55,865 nucleotides of DNA from Candidatus Heimdallarchaeota archaeon (GTDB taxonomy: Archaea > Asgardarchaeota > Heimdallarchaeia > Heimdallarchaeales > Heimdallarchaeaceae). This document shows, piece after piece, positions 17,789 to 27,919 of this stretch; within the stretch, counting starts at the first letter, position 1; each line of letters starts with the position of its first letter. A program made the position numbers and the translations under genes. The stretch spans positions 1 to 55,865 of the forward strand of contig JAEOTE010000146.1 of assembly GCA_016839945.1 (NCBI GenBank), given 5' to 3'. The notes under the pieces are model-generated. The model was not told the origin of the DNA. It searched no databases and saw nothing but the letters and a program-made list of their open reading frames with translations.

Positions 17789-19020
17789 AAAAGATGAGTG
17801 GCAGTTCAGAATCATTTTTTGATAAAATAGCAGCTAAACAAGAAGAAAAAGGTATAGCAGCAAGTCGTATTAGAACAAAAGAAATGAAAGAGGACGTTGT
17901 TCTAGAGGTTAACAATCTTAGAAAGTTTTTCGACATTCCAATTCCTTTTGAAACAACATGGTTTATGATAGCATTCGTTGGAGCTATCGTGGTTTTCGCA
18001 TTTCGACAATTAATAGGTTTAATTCTAATAGCTGCAATTATTGTTTTATATTTCGCATTACCTTATATTCCACCATTTAATAAACGACCTAAAGTTGCTC
18101 ATCTAAAAGCAGTTGATGGCATAGATTTGCAGATCAAGAAAGGAAAAATTGTTGGCCTTGTTGGAGAATCAGGATGTGGAAAAAGCACTGCTGCAAAAAC
18201 CATTATTCGATTACTTGAGCCTACTGCTGGTTCAGTTTATTTCAAAGGAATTGATATTAATCGTTTAACAATGGATGAAATGAAAGAAATCAGAAGGCAT
18301 CTTCAAATTGTATTTCAGGATCCTTACGCTTCGCTAAATCCTCGAGCTACGGCGCATGATATCATAGCAGAGCCTTTTGACATACACGGGGTTGCTTCAG
18401 GAGATGAAGCTAGCTATAAAGTATTAACTCTTCTAAAAGATGTAGGACTTGCACCACATCATGCTTATCGATATCCTCACGAGTTTAGTGGTGGACAACG
18501 ACAAAGATTAGGGATTGCAAGAGCTTTAGCATTAGAACCGGATTTCATCGTTATGGACGAACCAGTTTCAAATCTTGATGTTTCAGTTCGAGCTGCAATT
18601 ATCCAATTGATTCTAGAGCTACAAAATAAAATGGGTCTCACTTACCTCTTTATTGCTCATGACCTTTCTTTGGTAAAAATCCTTTGTGACGAAGTCAACG
18701 TTATGTATCTTGGAAAAATAATGGAAGCTGGAACAAGCGATGAGATTTTTGAATCAATGATGCATCCTTACACTAAAGCATTAATTTCAGCAGTACCAAT
18801 AGCAGATCCAACTAAAAGGTCAAAGAAAATATTCTTAACAGGAGATATTCCAACACCAATCAATCCACCACCAGGATGCAAATTTCAAACAAGATGCCCT
18901 CTTGTATCTGATGTCTGTCGTGTTGAGGACCCTCCAGCTAGATGGTATACAGCCTCTCATGTGGCTTACTGTCACAATATAGAAGGTGGAGAAGAAAATC
19001 CAGATTTTTTTGCTAAATAA
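17785..19020 (+). CDS. oppF: Oligopeptide ABC ATPase with N-terminal two-TM insertion
   Basis: GESGCGKS, FQDPYASLNP, FSGGQRQR, HPYT, GCKFQTRCP; a hydrophobic insertion lies before KAVDG. Confidence 0.92.
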   Translation: MKKMSGSSESFFDKIAAKQEEKGIAASRIRTKEMKEDVVLEVNNLRKFFDIPIPFETTWFMIAFVGAIVVFAFRQLIGLILIAAIIVLYFALPYIPPFNKRPKVAHLKAVDGIDLQIKKGKIVGLVGESGCGKSTAAKTIIRLLEPTAGSVYFKGIDINRLTMDEMKEIRRHLQIVFQDPYASLNPRATAHDIIAEPFDIHGVASGDEASYKVLTLLKDVGLAPHHAYRYPHEFSGGQRQRLGIARALALEPDFIVMDEPVSNLDVSVRAAIIQLILELQNKMGLTYLFIAHDLSLVKILCDEVNVMYLGKIMEAGTSDEIFESMMHPYTKALISAVPIADPTKRSKKIFLTGDIPTPINPPPGCKFQTRCPLVSDVCRVEDPPARWYTASHVAYCHNIEGGEENPDFFAK

Positions 19021-19050
19021 TCTTTTTCTTTTTATAACTTCTTATTTTTT
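19021..19050 (+). terminator. T-rich terminator after oppF
   Basis: TCTTTTTCTTTTTATAACTTCTTATTTTTT. Confidence 0.55.
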
Positions 19051-19139
19051 CATTGCCAGAATGTAAGAATATTTATTAGTCATACAATAGAGTATAATCT
19101 GTTATAAGTAAAAATTTAGCTTTCTATGAGGAGAGTTAT

Positions 19140-19892
19140 ATGAGTAAAGTAAACCTTGAATCCGCTAAGAATAATATAGAAAGAGTATCATCGAATTTGA
19201 ATGAGCTACAACAGCTTCTTTTGAGTAAGAAAGAAGAGATAAGTAACAAAGTCAAAGACTTTAATGATTTGTTATCTAATTTCTTTAAACATGCTGATGA
19301 AAAGAATCAAGCGATTAGTCAAGAAGAAGAAAGAAAATCCAATAACACATCTAAACTAAATCAATTGAATCAACAATTACAAGAATTAACTCATCAAAAA
19401 GACATTTTGTCATCCGAAATTTCTAACAAACAGAGGGATATTGAACAGTTATCCAATGTTACTCTAGAGAGAGAAAAGACAAATACAGAACTCACATTAC
19501 AAGTTGATTCAAACACAGAAAGAATTTCTGATTTTAAAAGAAAAATTGAGGAATTAGATGTTTTAAGTCAAGCTACACGAGATGAAACTAAAGAAGAAAT
19601 GAGAAGAAGAGAAATTAAGAATGCAGAACTCAATGAGCAATATAATAGATTAATTTCTCGATCTAGAGCCTTGATATATCTTGTGAAGAATGATATTGTG
19701 AATCTACCTGAAATTCAGGTTTTAAGAAGCTTAAATGTCCCTGGTATTGACTCCGAATTAAACCTTAGAAAGACTTCAGGAGTATCAGAAAATTTGATTA
19801 GAAACGTTTTGGTTGATTTGGATCGTAGAGAGATAATTTCTTTTGACCCTCATACAGGACGTATCCAAATTCTAACTAACATAGATATATAG
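19140..19892 (+). CDS. Coiled-coil protein with C-terminal winged helix (paralog A)
   Basis: About 175 aa of heptads, then PEIQVL...LRKTSGVSENLIRNVLVDLDRREIISFD...IQI. Confidence 0.8.
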   Translation: MSKVNLESAKNNIERVSSNLNELQQLLLSKKEEISNKVKDFNDLLSNFFKHADEKNQAISQEEERKSNNTSKLNQLNQQLQELTHQKDILSSEISNKQRDIEQLSNVTLEREKTNTELTLQVDSNTERISDFKRKIEELDVLSQATRDETKEEMRRREIKNAELNEQYNRLISRSRALIYLVKNDIVNLPEIQVLRSLNVPGIDSELNLRKTSGVSENLIRNVLVDLDRREIISFDPHTGRIQILTNIDI

Positions 19893-19901
19893 GTGATGAT
19901 G

Positions 19902-20657
19902 ATGTCAGAAGAAGAAAGAATGATTGGAATCCTTGAAGATATTAAACGTGATATAGAAGAGTTATCATCTCGTAAATCAAATGTCATTTCAACCACAAAT
20001 ATGACTATTGAATCTACTACAGATGATGTAAGAGCAATTCCAGCTTATATTGAATCATTAAAACGAATTCTAGATGAGATTCAGCAAGCCAATAAAGAGC
20101 TCGAAGAGAAAATAATGCAAACTCAACAAGCTGTTGAAACGGTACAAACCGAAATTGAAATTCAACAATCAAATAAAAGCGACCTTAATGAAGCTGAAAT
20201 TAAAAAACGAGAATATAAGGAGAATTTAGAGAGACAAATTACAGATTTACAGGAGAAAAAAACTACCCTTGAAACAGAACTCGAATCTTTAAGTGCTACA
20301 ACTCAGCATAAGGAGACTGAATATAATCAGCTGCAAGGAAGTGCCAGAAGCGATATAGAAAATATGGACCAGAAAATTAGGGAAGCAGAAATGAGATTGC
20401 AGCAAATAAAAGAGGATAACAAACTAATTGTTTATCTAATGGAGGCAGGATTATTAGATGTACCAGAAGCAGAAATTGTGTCAGTAATTGCCTCTTATCC
20501 AAATGGATTAAAATTGGATGAAATCAAAGAAAAGGTAAGTATGCCTCCCGTAAGAGTACAACCCACTATTAACACTTTATTGGAAAAAGTAGTAGAACAC
20601 GATAGTTATTCAGATTCCTACAAAATACTCGAGTCTATCAAAAAAGAGTTTGTCTAA
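19902..20657 (+). CDS. Coiled-coil protein with C-terminal winged helix (paralog B)
   Basis: About 175 aa of heptads, then PEAEIV...GLKLDEIKEKVSMPPVRVQPTINTLLEKVVEHD...YKI. The GGTGA RBS overlaps the upstream stop; the start is one of 19893-19902. Confidence 0.8.
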   Translation: MSEEERMIGILEDIKRDIEELSSRKSNVISTTNMTIESTTDDVRAIPAYIESLKRILDEIQQANKELEEKIMQTQQAVETVQTEIEIQQSNKSDLNEAEIKKREYKENLERQITDLQEKKTTLETELESLSATTQHKETEYNQLQGSARSDIENMDQKIREAEMRLQQIKEDNKLIVYLMEAGLLDVPEAEIVSVIASYPNGLKLDEIKEKVSMPPVRVQPTINTLLEKVVEHDSYSDSYKILESIKKEFV

Positions 20658-20664
20658 GAAGATA

Positions 20665-20720
20665 ATTTCTTCTTTCACTTTTCTTTTTATTTACTAATCA
20701 ATTTCTTAGTTTATTTTTCC
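20665..20720 (+). terminator. T-rich terminator
   Basis: Oligo-T tracts after the stop at 20657. Confidence 0.5.
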
Positions 20721-20812
20721 ATATGAAATCTATTTTGTAATACATATTTTTCGGAGTGATAGCGTAATTGTTTTAAATCAAATCTGAATTGGCAAATTAA
20801 GCCGTATAATAA

Positions 20813-22174
<1,362 letters not shown>

Positions 22175-22221
22175 AATATAATCAATTTCGATGGAAATGA
22201 GTCCTATCGTTCTCTCTTTTT

Positions 22222-25200
22222 TTACTTATTTTTCGTATCAGTAGGTTCAATAATCATACCTTCATTCTTCTGAGCATCAATTCTAACAACTAAAGGTTTC
22301 TTTGTTCGTACGTGTCTAACAAATTCCAAATCAGTAATTACATCTTGCTTTTCAAGCCATTCCCAATTAATGAATTGCTCTTCAATATTGTGTTTGATAT
22401 GTAAGTATCCAATATTAGAAGTGACTATGTTGTGGAAGAAATGACTACCTTGAGAGAAGTCTATTTGGAAGCCTGGAAGTCCAGCTTCAATAATAATCTT
22501 TGCACTACTTATATTATTCCACTTCGCAGGAATGCCTAGAAAACGATCTGATGTTCCCCACCTTCCAAAACCAACCAGAATAGATGGCCTCCTTTCATTA
22601 AAAAGTGTAGAGTTTAGTTGGTCTATTTCTTCAACCATTTTCTCTGTTTCAGTTTTGTCAAAATTATCTGGTTTTACATATATTATGTCACTAATATCTT
22701 TTCGAATTAGGTTTCCAGAAACTTGAGTAGAATATGCCAAAACTTGTTTTATATCAACTGGATCTATATCTTCAACCATCAATAATTCTTGATACAAATA
22801 AGGTCTGATTTGTAATATAACAAACTTGTTCTTTTCACCTTTATTTTGTTTAAAATTTCCAGCAAACTCAATTTCTATTGAACTTCCCATTGCTCTTTCT
22901 CCTATAGAAAGGATTCTTGAGATAATTTTCGCCAAAGGAAAAGTTTCTAATTTAAGTTGATTACTAAAAGTAATAATAGGAGAACCCTCATCAAAATACC
23001 CCATATTCAAGCTTTGTGAAGTGAAATCATAAGTATCAGCAATCGGAGTTAAGGTTTTATCTTTTATAGCATCCCCAAGATCATATTTTTGTGTAAAAGG
23101 ATCATCTTCGAAGATATCAAATGCTCTATAATTCAAATCAATAGCGTAGAAGCTCTTCTGACTTTGATCAAGCAACTCGTCTGGAGTTGAATAATAATTA
23201 AGTTCAGGGTATTTAGGGCAAAATCTCACAGATATTCCTCCATCAAGAATTGTTTTTCCTAAACCTAAAGCTACATGTGAAATTCTATCTTCTGGTTTCA
23301 TATACGAACCAAATGGATAGAAATTATAAGATGCAGCAGTACCTGAGAAATCTGGATAAAAACGTTCGTTATGTTCTCTTCCAACTACTTCTTGGATAAC
23401 CACTGCCATTTTTGATTCTTCAACTGTCTGACTTATTGTTTCTGCATATGTTCTTGCAAGCTCGAGGAATGGAGAAACGAGTACCAGCTTAATTGCAGTG
23501 CAAAGTTGTTCTAATCTATCTTTAATATTGAGACTGTTGTTAGGAATCATATAAGTATTAAAAATGCCTGCAAAAGGCTGGTATGCTGAATCTTCAAGAA
23601 GACTAGATGAACGAACTGCTAAAGGTTTGTTTAAATCACGCAAAAGGAATTCTAAATCATTTCGAATACTCTTTGATAATTTTGCTTTTACGAATTTTTC
23701 TTTAATTTCTTGATCAGATTTTCTTAATAAAGCGAATTCATAGAGGTTATTTTCTTCCATGAATTTGTCAAATTCGTCAGTCCCTATTACCACAGTCTTT
23801 GGAATCTCAAGAGAAACATTTTCAAATTCATCTTCTATCATAAAGGAATTTAAAAGGAACATTAAGAATGCAAGACCTCGTCCTTTTCCACCTAGTGATC
23901 CAGGTCTTAATCTGATAAAAAGAATCTCCGGGTGGTAGTTTTCTCGTGAAAAATCATTAACAATACCTCGAGTTTTTTCTATCACAATTTCTTTAAGTGA
24001 TTTTAACAAGAAATCTCTTAATTCCTCTTGTGTAAACTCTGACACTTTACGTGGTTTTAGTTTTCGAGCAACATCAAACTCTCCTCTCGCACCCAACCAA
24101 TTTGAAAAATGATCACTTTGTCCATGATATATAATTGAATCAATTGGTATTTCGGATAATTGTTCATAGAAACTTATGACATCTTTAGCTTTGCCAAGTG
24201 GTTTACCACTTCTATCTTTAAAGATAAAATCCCCAAAACCGACGCTTTCCAATAACCACTTACGGAAATCCCACATCATACCATGTGATCTTTTATGAAC
24301 AAAATGACAACCTAATTCTTCTGATTTGTCTCTATTTTCCTCTTTACTTGATTGTAAGACAATGGGAAGAGTTGGTTTCTCTTCTTTAATTTTTTCAACA
24401 AAAGAAAAACCTGCATGTTTATCCAAGGATCCCTTTTTGGGGAATTCTATATCAGAAATTATTCCCATAACGTTCTGTTTATATTTTTCATAATATGCTA
24501 AAGCTTCTTCATATGTTTCAGCTAAGAGAATTTTAGGTCTGATTCTCATTTTTAGCAAATCTTGAAAATCATTTGTCCCCTCAGTAATTAGTCTATGAGT
24601 TTGACGCATTAATTCTCCATATAACTCCGGTAGAAGTAGAGAATAAAAACGAATTGAGTCATCAACGAAAATAAAAACTCTAACTTGACCTTTATCGGTA
24701 TCAAAATCAGCATTCAACCTATCTTCAAGATGTTTAATGATAGCCACAAAAATCTTCGAGTCTCCATTCCATGTAAAAATTCTATCTATTCCATCACGTT
24801 TATCATGATCAGGTAAGTAGTTTATTTCTACAACATTGTTCAGTAAGAGAATAACAGGTATTTCTCTTATTTCTTTTACTTTTTTTCCAAATGAAAAAGC
24901 ATCAATATCACCTAACCGTCGCATAGTAATAACAAGATCAAAATCACCCTCCTTTAGAGCTTCAAGGGCTTCCTCTGCAGAAGAAACTCTAGTAATTCTT
25001 GGGAGAGTTCGAAGGTTTAAATTTCTAAATTCCTCATATATCTGATCAGAAAGACGTCCATCTTCTTCTATCATAAAACTGTCATAGATACTTGAAACAA
25101 GAAGAACATTACTCATTCTTTTAGACATTAATTCATGGAAAACTTTGTATTTAGGCTTATATTCAAAATAGAATTTTTCTTCATCTATATCGAGTGTCAT

Positions 25201-25245
25201 GAAACTACTTCCTTGTTCTAGATACCCTATTTTCTCAACCTCCAT
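22222..25245 (-). CDS. Receiver-domain + PPDK/PEP-synthase-type ATP-grasp + phospho-His domain protein
   Basis: REC motifs (VDDS, ISD, QSS, HK); GGKGRGL, PLAVRSSSLLED, FAG, MAVVIQEVVG, ALGLG, EIEFA, LQIRP; C-terminal GRWG and SQGSHFFHN. Confidence 0.88.
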   Translation of the reverse strand: MEVEKIGYLEQGSSFMTLDIDEEKFYFEYKPKYKVFHELMSKRMSNVLLVSSIYDSFMIEEDGRLSDQIYEEFRNLNLRTLPRITRVSSAEEALEALKEGDFDLVITMRRLGDIDAFSFGKKVKEIREIPVILLLNNVVEINYLPDHDKRDGIDRIFTWNGDSKIFVAIIKHLEDRLNADFDTDKGQVRVFIFVDDSIRFYSLLLPELYGELMRQTHRLITEGTNDFQDLLKMRIRPKILLAETYEEALAYYEKYKQNVMGIISDIEFPKKGSLDKHAGFSFVEKIKEEKPTLPIVLQSSKEENRDKSEELGCHFVHKRSHGMMWDFRKWLLESVGFGDFIFKDRSGKPLGKAKDVISFYEQLSEIPIDSIIYHGQSDHFSNWLGARGEFDVARKLKPRKVSEFTQEELRDFLLKSLKEIVIEKTRGIVNDFSRENYHPEILFIRLRPGSLGGKGRGLAFLMFLLNSFMIEDEFENVSLEIPKTVVIGTDEFDKFMEENNLYEFALLRKSDQEIKEKFVKAKLSKSIRNDLEFLLRDLNKPLAVRSSSLLEDSAYQPFAGIFNTYMIPNNSLNIKDRLEQLCTAIKLVLVSPFLELARTYAETISQTVEESKMAVVIQEVVGREHNERFYPDFSGTAASYNFYPFGSYMKPEDRISHVALGLGKTILDGGISVRFCPKYPELNYYSTPDELLDQSQKSFYAIDLNYRAFDIFEDDPFTQKYDLGDAIKDKTLTPIADTYDFTSQSLNMGYFDEGSPIITFSNQLKLETFPLAKIISRILSIGERAMGSSIEIEFAGNFKQNKGEKNKFVILQIRPYLYQELLMVEDIDPVDIKQVLAYSTQVSGNLIRKDISDIIYVKPDNFDKTETEKMVEEIDQLNSTLFNERRPSILVGFGRWGTSDRFLGIPAKWNNISSAKIIIEAGLPGFQIDFSQGSHFFHNIVTSNIGYLHIKHNIEEQFINWEWLEKQDVITDLEFVRHVRTKKPLVVRIDAQKNEGMIIEPTDTKNK

Positions 25246-25422
25246 TCAAGATTAATAGTTTTTTGTAGTTGATACATTAAGAAAAAGCACATTTTTGTAC
25301 AATTTTCATTCAAAAAGAACACTTGGTTAGCTCAAAAAAACTTTTAATGGTCTGTGCGTTCATATATTAGCAGAAAGTATCATAACTTTGTACGGATTAA
25401 TAAGACAAAGGTCGAGTTAATA

Positions 25423-26082
25423 ATGAGTCCAAGAGAAAATCATAGTGATGAGGCAACATTAGATGGTATAATGTACCCTGGATTCACTGATTATAGACCT
25501 TTGTCTGAGAGGGATGCTCTAATTATTGAGATGTATGATGAAGGTCTTTCTACGTATGAAATAGCTGAAGCACTAGAAATAAACAGACATACTATTTCAA
25601 AGGTTCTAAAAGAAAACGAAGTAGAAACTCGAACCATTGCTGATTATCATAAACTGAAACATGATGATATAACTGAGTTATTTAAGCAAGGAAAAACAAA
25701 ACACGAAATAGCAAAGGATTTAGGTTTTACATACTATACAGTTAGAAAAGTTCTAGAAGACAAAGGACTTGTCCTTAACAAGAAAGACAGAGAAACTATG
25801 TCAATAGCTAGATATGTACAGATGAAGAACAAAGGATATGACAATGAATCCATAGCATCTTTTCTTAATATTTCCAGGAAACAGCTAAACAAACTTATAC
25901 GAAACTGTGGAGTAAATGTTACCGCCGTAAGGAACAAAACGAGTGAAATTGAAAACCTATCTGATATAATTCTATCTCGATTAAAAGGCATGAAAATAGC
26001 TAATATCTCACTAAAATATAGGATTGATCTTGTTTTATTAAGACAGATTCTCTATGATTTTGGTTTGAGTAAATCAAAGTAA
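25423..26082 (+). CDS. Multi-HTH DNA-binding protein
   Basis: About four HTH units (GLSTYEIAEAL; GKTKHEIAKDLG; GYDNESIASFL; GMKIANISLKY). Confidence 0.8.
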   Translation: MSPRENHSDEATLDGIMYPGFTDYRPLSERDALIIEMYDEGLSTYEIAEALEINRHTISKVLKENEVETRTIADYHKLKHDDITELFKQGKTKHEIAKDLGFTYYTVRKVLEDKGLVLNKKDRETMSIARYVQMKNKGYDNESIASFLNISRKQLNKLIRNCGVNVTAVRNKTSEIENLSDIILSRLKGMKIANISLKYRIDLVLLRQILYDFGLSKSK

Positions 26083-26204
26083 TTGAAAGATTTTGGAATT
26101 GTATTTTCACATTTTTGAGCTTACTTATTGACGCTTTGTTGCATCTAATATTTAATAAATAACCAGAAAATACTAGATGAGATAAGAATTAATAGTTATA
26201 TTGG

Positions 26205-27389
26205 ATGATAGTAATGAAAAAGAGAGATTGGTTAATTGTTCACGAAGAACCAATGGCAGGTTATTCACTTACCAATATACTAAGAGTATTAATACAAAAT
26301 AGATTTAGAATGCACCCAAAATATTGGCCTAGATTTATATATGCATTAACTGTAAGTTTTGCTCTTACACCTCTAAGAATTATTGAAAGAATTATTTATA
26401 CTAGAAAAATAAATAGAACGAAAATACAAACAGATCCATTGTTTGTAATAGGCCATTATAGAACAGGGTCAACCTACCTAATCTCTTTACTATCACGCGA
26501 TAAAAGTAAAGGTTATGTTTCAAATATTGAAGCTTATGCACCTCTGTTTTTCATTGCGTTCCCCAAAATAGCAAAATGGATACTTGATTTTTCTTTACCC
26601 GAAAAAAGACCAATGGATAACGTACTATTATTTAGCACTGAACCAACTGAAGAAGAGTATTCTATAGGAGCTGCTTCTAAATATGCTTATTTTAATGGTA
26701 TTATTTTTCCAAGAAATTTTGAATTATATTCTAGATACAACTCTTTTGATGAATGTCCTCCCAAAGATCTTAAAAAGTGGAAAAAGAAATATCTCTATTT
26801 TGTAAAGAAAATGACATTAAAACACAAAGGTAAAATGATTTACTTTAAAAATCCAGCAAATACATATCGAATTCCAGCATTATTAGAGATGTTTCCAAAA
26901 GCAAAATTCATTCATATATACAGAAACCCATATGAGGTTTGGTCTTCTGTTTTAAAATGGTATAAATCAATTTTGTCAATTTATGCACTTCAGACTTGGA
27001 ATGATGAAGAGATTCAAACAGGTCTTTTAGGCAATTATAGAGAAATGTATCATAAATTACATCAAGATCGTCAACTTATACCTGAAGGCAATATTGTAGA
27101 TGTTCAATATGAAGATTTCATAAAAGAACCAATGCAGACTGTTGAAAGAATTTATTCTGAATTAAAACTTGGTAATTTTGAAAAATACAAAGAAAACCTT
27201 CAAAAGTTTGCAGATGCTCAAGTTGATTTTCAAGTAAATAAACACACAATTTCAAATGAAATCATAAACAGAGTAAATGAACATTGGAGTTTTATGTTAG
27301 AAGAATACGGGTACGAAAAACTTGAGCCAAGGAGAAAAGAAGAAGAAGAAGCTATTGTAGTTCCTGTTAAAGAACAAGAAAAAATATAG
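26205..27389 (+). CDS. PAPS-dependent sulfotransferase (Stf3/Sulfotransfer_3-like)
   Basis: 5'-PSB loop GHYRTGSTYL, RPMDN..PTEEE, KNP.NT.RI, 3'-PB IYRNPY.V..S, YEDF..EP. Confidence 0.9.
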   Translation: MIVMKKRDWLIVHEEPMAGYSLTNILRVLIQNRFRMHPKYWPRFIYALTVSFALTPLRIIERIIYTRKINRTKIQTDPLFVIGHYRTGSTYLISLLSRDKSKGYVSNIEAYAPLFFIAFPKIAKWILDFSLPEKRPMDNVLLFSTEPTEEEYSIGAASKYAYFNGIIFPRNFELYSRYNSFDECPPKDLKKWKKKYLYFVKKMTLKHKGKMIYFKNPANTYRIPALLEMFPKAKFIHIYRNPYEVWSSVLKWYKSILSIYALQTWNDEEIQTGLLGNYREMYHKLHQDRQLIPEGNIVDVQYEDFIKEPMQTVERIYSELKLGNFEKYKENLQKFADAQVDFQVNKHTISNEIINRVNEHWSFMLEEYGYEKLEPRRKEEEEAIVVPVKEQEKI

Positions 27390-27465
27390 TTTATTATAGA
27401 AATTATTCGTTTTTTTAGGAAATTTTAAATATGTAGTGCTAATTGCTTGAACCTAGGTGAAATAA

Positions 27466-27846
27466 ATGAGTAAAGCAGGAAAATCATTCCTTAGATTATT
27501 GATTTTTGCAGGTTTTGGAGCTTGGTTTACATTTGCCATTTGGGGAATTGTAACTTGGGGAGTAGAACCCACTCTTGTGAGTGAAAAAACAACTATAATT
27601 CTACTTAGTCTTCTAACTTTCATTGGATCATTTATACTCTTCGTAATTGCCATGGCTTTAGGAGCAATTGGTACAGGAAAGAAGAAAGAGAAAGAAAAGA
27701 AGTTTGAATTCACATCGAAAGATGGTGATAAAATGGAATTTAAAATGGGAGAAGATTTCGATTTCGACAAGATTCCAGCTCCATTCAGAGAGATAGCTAA
27801 AAAGATTAAGGAAGAGATTCAAAAAGAACAGAATAAAAAGAAATAA
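27466..27846 (+). CDS. Two-TM membrane protein
   Basis: GGTGA RBS; two hydrophobic segments and a charged C-terminal tail. Confidence 0.75.
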   Translation: MSKAGKSFLRLLIFAGFGAWFTFAIWGIVTWGVEPTLVSEKTTIILLSLLTFIGSFILFVIAMALGAIGTGKKKEKEKKFEFTSKDGDKMEFKMGEDFDFDKIPAPFREIAKKIKEEIQKEQNKKK

Positions 27847-27919
27847 TCTTTTTCATTTTTTCTTTTTTAATAAAACTTAAAAACAAAAGAATAAGTAAAA
27901 GGTCTCAAAAACATTTGAT

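Noticed and set aside
19140-20657. Calling the pair SMC or ESCRT-III/CdvB
   Set aside because: No Walker or hinge motifs; no recognisable Snf7 hairpin or MIM motif.
22222-25245. Annotation as PEP synthase (ppsA)
   Set aside because: The C-terminal PEP/pyruvate barrel is absent and REC domains are present.
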